A stretch of DNA of 64,000 nucleotides from Podarcis muralis (taxonomy: Eukaryota): NCBI RefSeq assembly GCF_964188315.1, contig NC_135656.1:8556001-8620000 (forward strand). The letters are read 5' to 3'. The notes under the pieces are model-generated. The model saw nothing but the letters and a program-made list of their open reading frames with translations, did no database searches and was not told where the DNA came from. Shown here in pieces: positions 62,501-64,000 of this stretch. A program made the position numbers and the translations under genes. Position 1 is the first letter of the stretch, and each line of letters begins with the position of its first letter.

Positions 62501-63499
62501 ACATCAGGATTCATTACATAGTAAGTCCCCCCCCCCCCTCTATTATCTGCTTCCCATCCCATTTCCTAGGATTTTTTTTTCTTTTCCACCCTTAGCTGCA
62601 ACTTATCTTCCCTCTTTTATATCGTAACTCTAATGCTCTATTAGAATTAAAAGAGGGGGAAACCCAGCCGGATGGGCAGGGTCTAAATAAATTATTATTA
62701 TTGTCTTATTTATTTATTTGCGTTTTTATCTTGTGTAAAAAATAAAACTCCCAAAAACCCAAAGTTGAAGCAAGAAGGAATTGTCAAATATTACCACCCA
62801 CCCCCTTTCAAAAATGTGCATGGAATGAATGAGCTGGCATTCAAATCTATTCTTTTAAAAGCATATTTTCTATTATTATTGGGTCCATTCTGACAAATAT
62901 TGGGTCCATTCTCTCACTTCTGACCCTTCTTGATTCCATCATTCCTGGGGGTTGGGCTAGATGACCCATGGGGTCCCTTCCAACTCTTCCGTTCTTCGAT
63001 TCTCTCGCCTACAATTCCGACACCCGCTTCAGGTTGTACCAATCATACCAGCAGATAAACCGCATTTTCTCCAGTTGATGGTCTTTTTTTAGGGGGTAGA
63101 AAGGAGCGTGGGTTTGTTTTGGAGGTTTTTGTTAGGAAATCCTGACATCCAGTGGATGGGGAACGCATGACAGCTGACGTTACACGCCCAACATCCACTT
63201 AAAAGCCATATGGTACCTTGAAACGCTTCCCCCAAAAGGATTCTGGGAGCTGTAGTGCTGAGAGCCGTTAGGAGACCCCCTATTACCCTCCCAGAACTCC
63301 CATTCCCAGAGTTCCCTGGGAAGTTGTGGGCATCTCTTTCGAGAGGCAATGGAGTGCGCCTCTGGGGGGTGAAATCAAAAGTTTTCAGCAGGCGCTGGAA
63401 GGAATAACGAAGGAGACGCCTGCGAGAAGCCAAGCTACGGGGAACCAGGCAGACGCCTTCTCGGTGGTGGCGCCTTCTTCATGGTGATCCACTACTGCT

Positions 63500-64000
63500 T
63501 TATTTATTTATTTTTATAATTTTTGTTATATTTTATACAATTGTAACACATACTGCAACAAACATTGCACAACCCAAAAAAAAAAAACCAAAACAAAGAT
63601 TACAAAAGGAAAAAGGAAAAAAAGAAAGAAAAAGATAAAGAATACATCTATAACAAACAACAACAGACAAATAAACCACACAAACAAGCTTAGTTATTTA
63701 AAAATCTAATCTTCTAGACACATTACTTGACTTCCTCTAACCCCTCCCTTCTGAGTTTCTTTGTGTCTGAATGTAACAGTTTTCCAATATCATTATTAAA
63801 GCACAATATTCCAGTTATAATCAAATTTCTTCACTTTTCTTAATGTTCTAAATCCCATTTATTGAAATAAATCCTAATTTAATCCTAGGCCTGTTAGGTA
63901 CTTTCAAGTAACTTCTAATTTTTAATATTACAATATTTATTCAAATGGTCCTTAAATTTCCTCAAATCTTCTTGATATTTCTCTTCTTTCTGGTCGCAGA
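63500..64000 (-). mobile_element. L1-like 3' end (ORF2 terminus, 3'UTR and A-rich tail)
   Basis: Minus frame ..DQKEEKYQEDLRKFKDHLNKYC.. followed by an AT-rich UTR ending in (aaat)n. Confidence 0.55.

Overview
Eukaryotic, squamate reptile DNA. Abundant Sauria-type SINEs and CR1/L2 LINEs suggest a lacertid-like lizard; this is inference. Positions 1-11.6 kb hold the 5' part of TMEM106C on the minus strand: five coding exons with GT-AG sites and in-frame joins, a CpG-island promoter, and intronic Tc1, hAT and Tigger-like elements. From about 14.3 to 63.5 kb the window is a mosaic of direct and inverted segmental duplications. It carries four intact single-coding-exon claudin-34-like genes (A-, B+, C+, D-) in two inverted pairs, plus two 3' gene fragments. 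Notable features: (1) a roughly 200-nt fold-back spanning the C-terminal codons, stop and 3'UTR of all four genes; (2) a 57-bp coding VNTR plus a frameshift in copy B; (3) a charge shift in extracellular loop 1 between the pairs; (4) a solo LTR with target-site duplication (TSD) upstream of copy A only; (5) evidence that copy D is recombinant; (6) short satellite arrays at inner arm junctions; (7) a decayed Ulp1-protease/PHD transposon-like relic in the C/D spacer. Many TE insertions have empty paralogous sites, so events can be ordered. All alignments were done by eye and no database searches were run.
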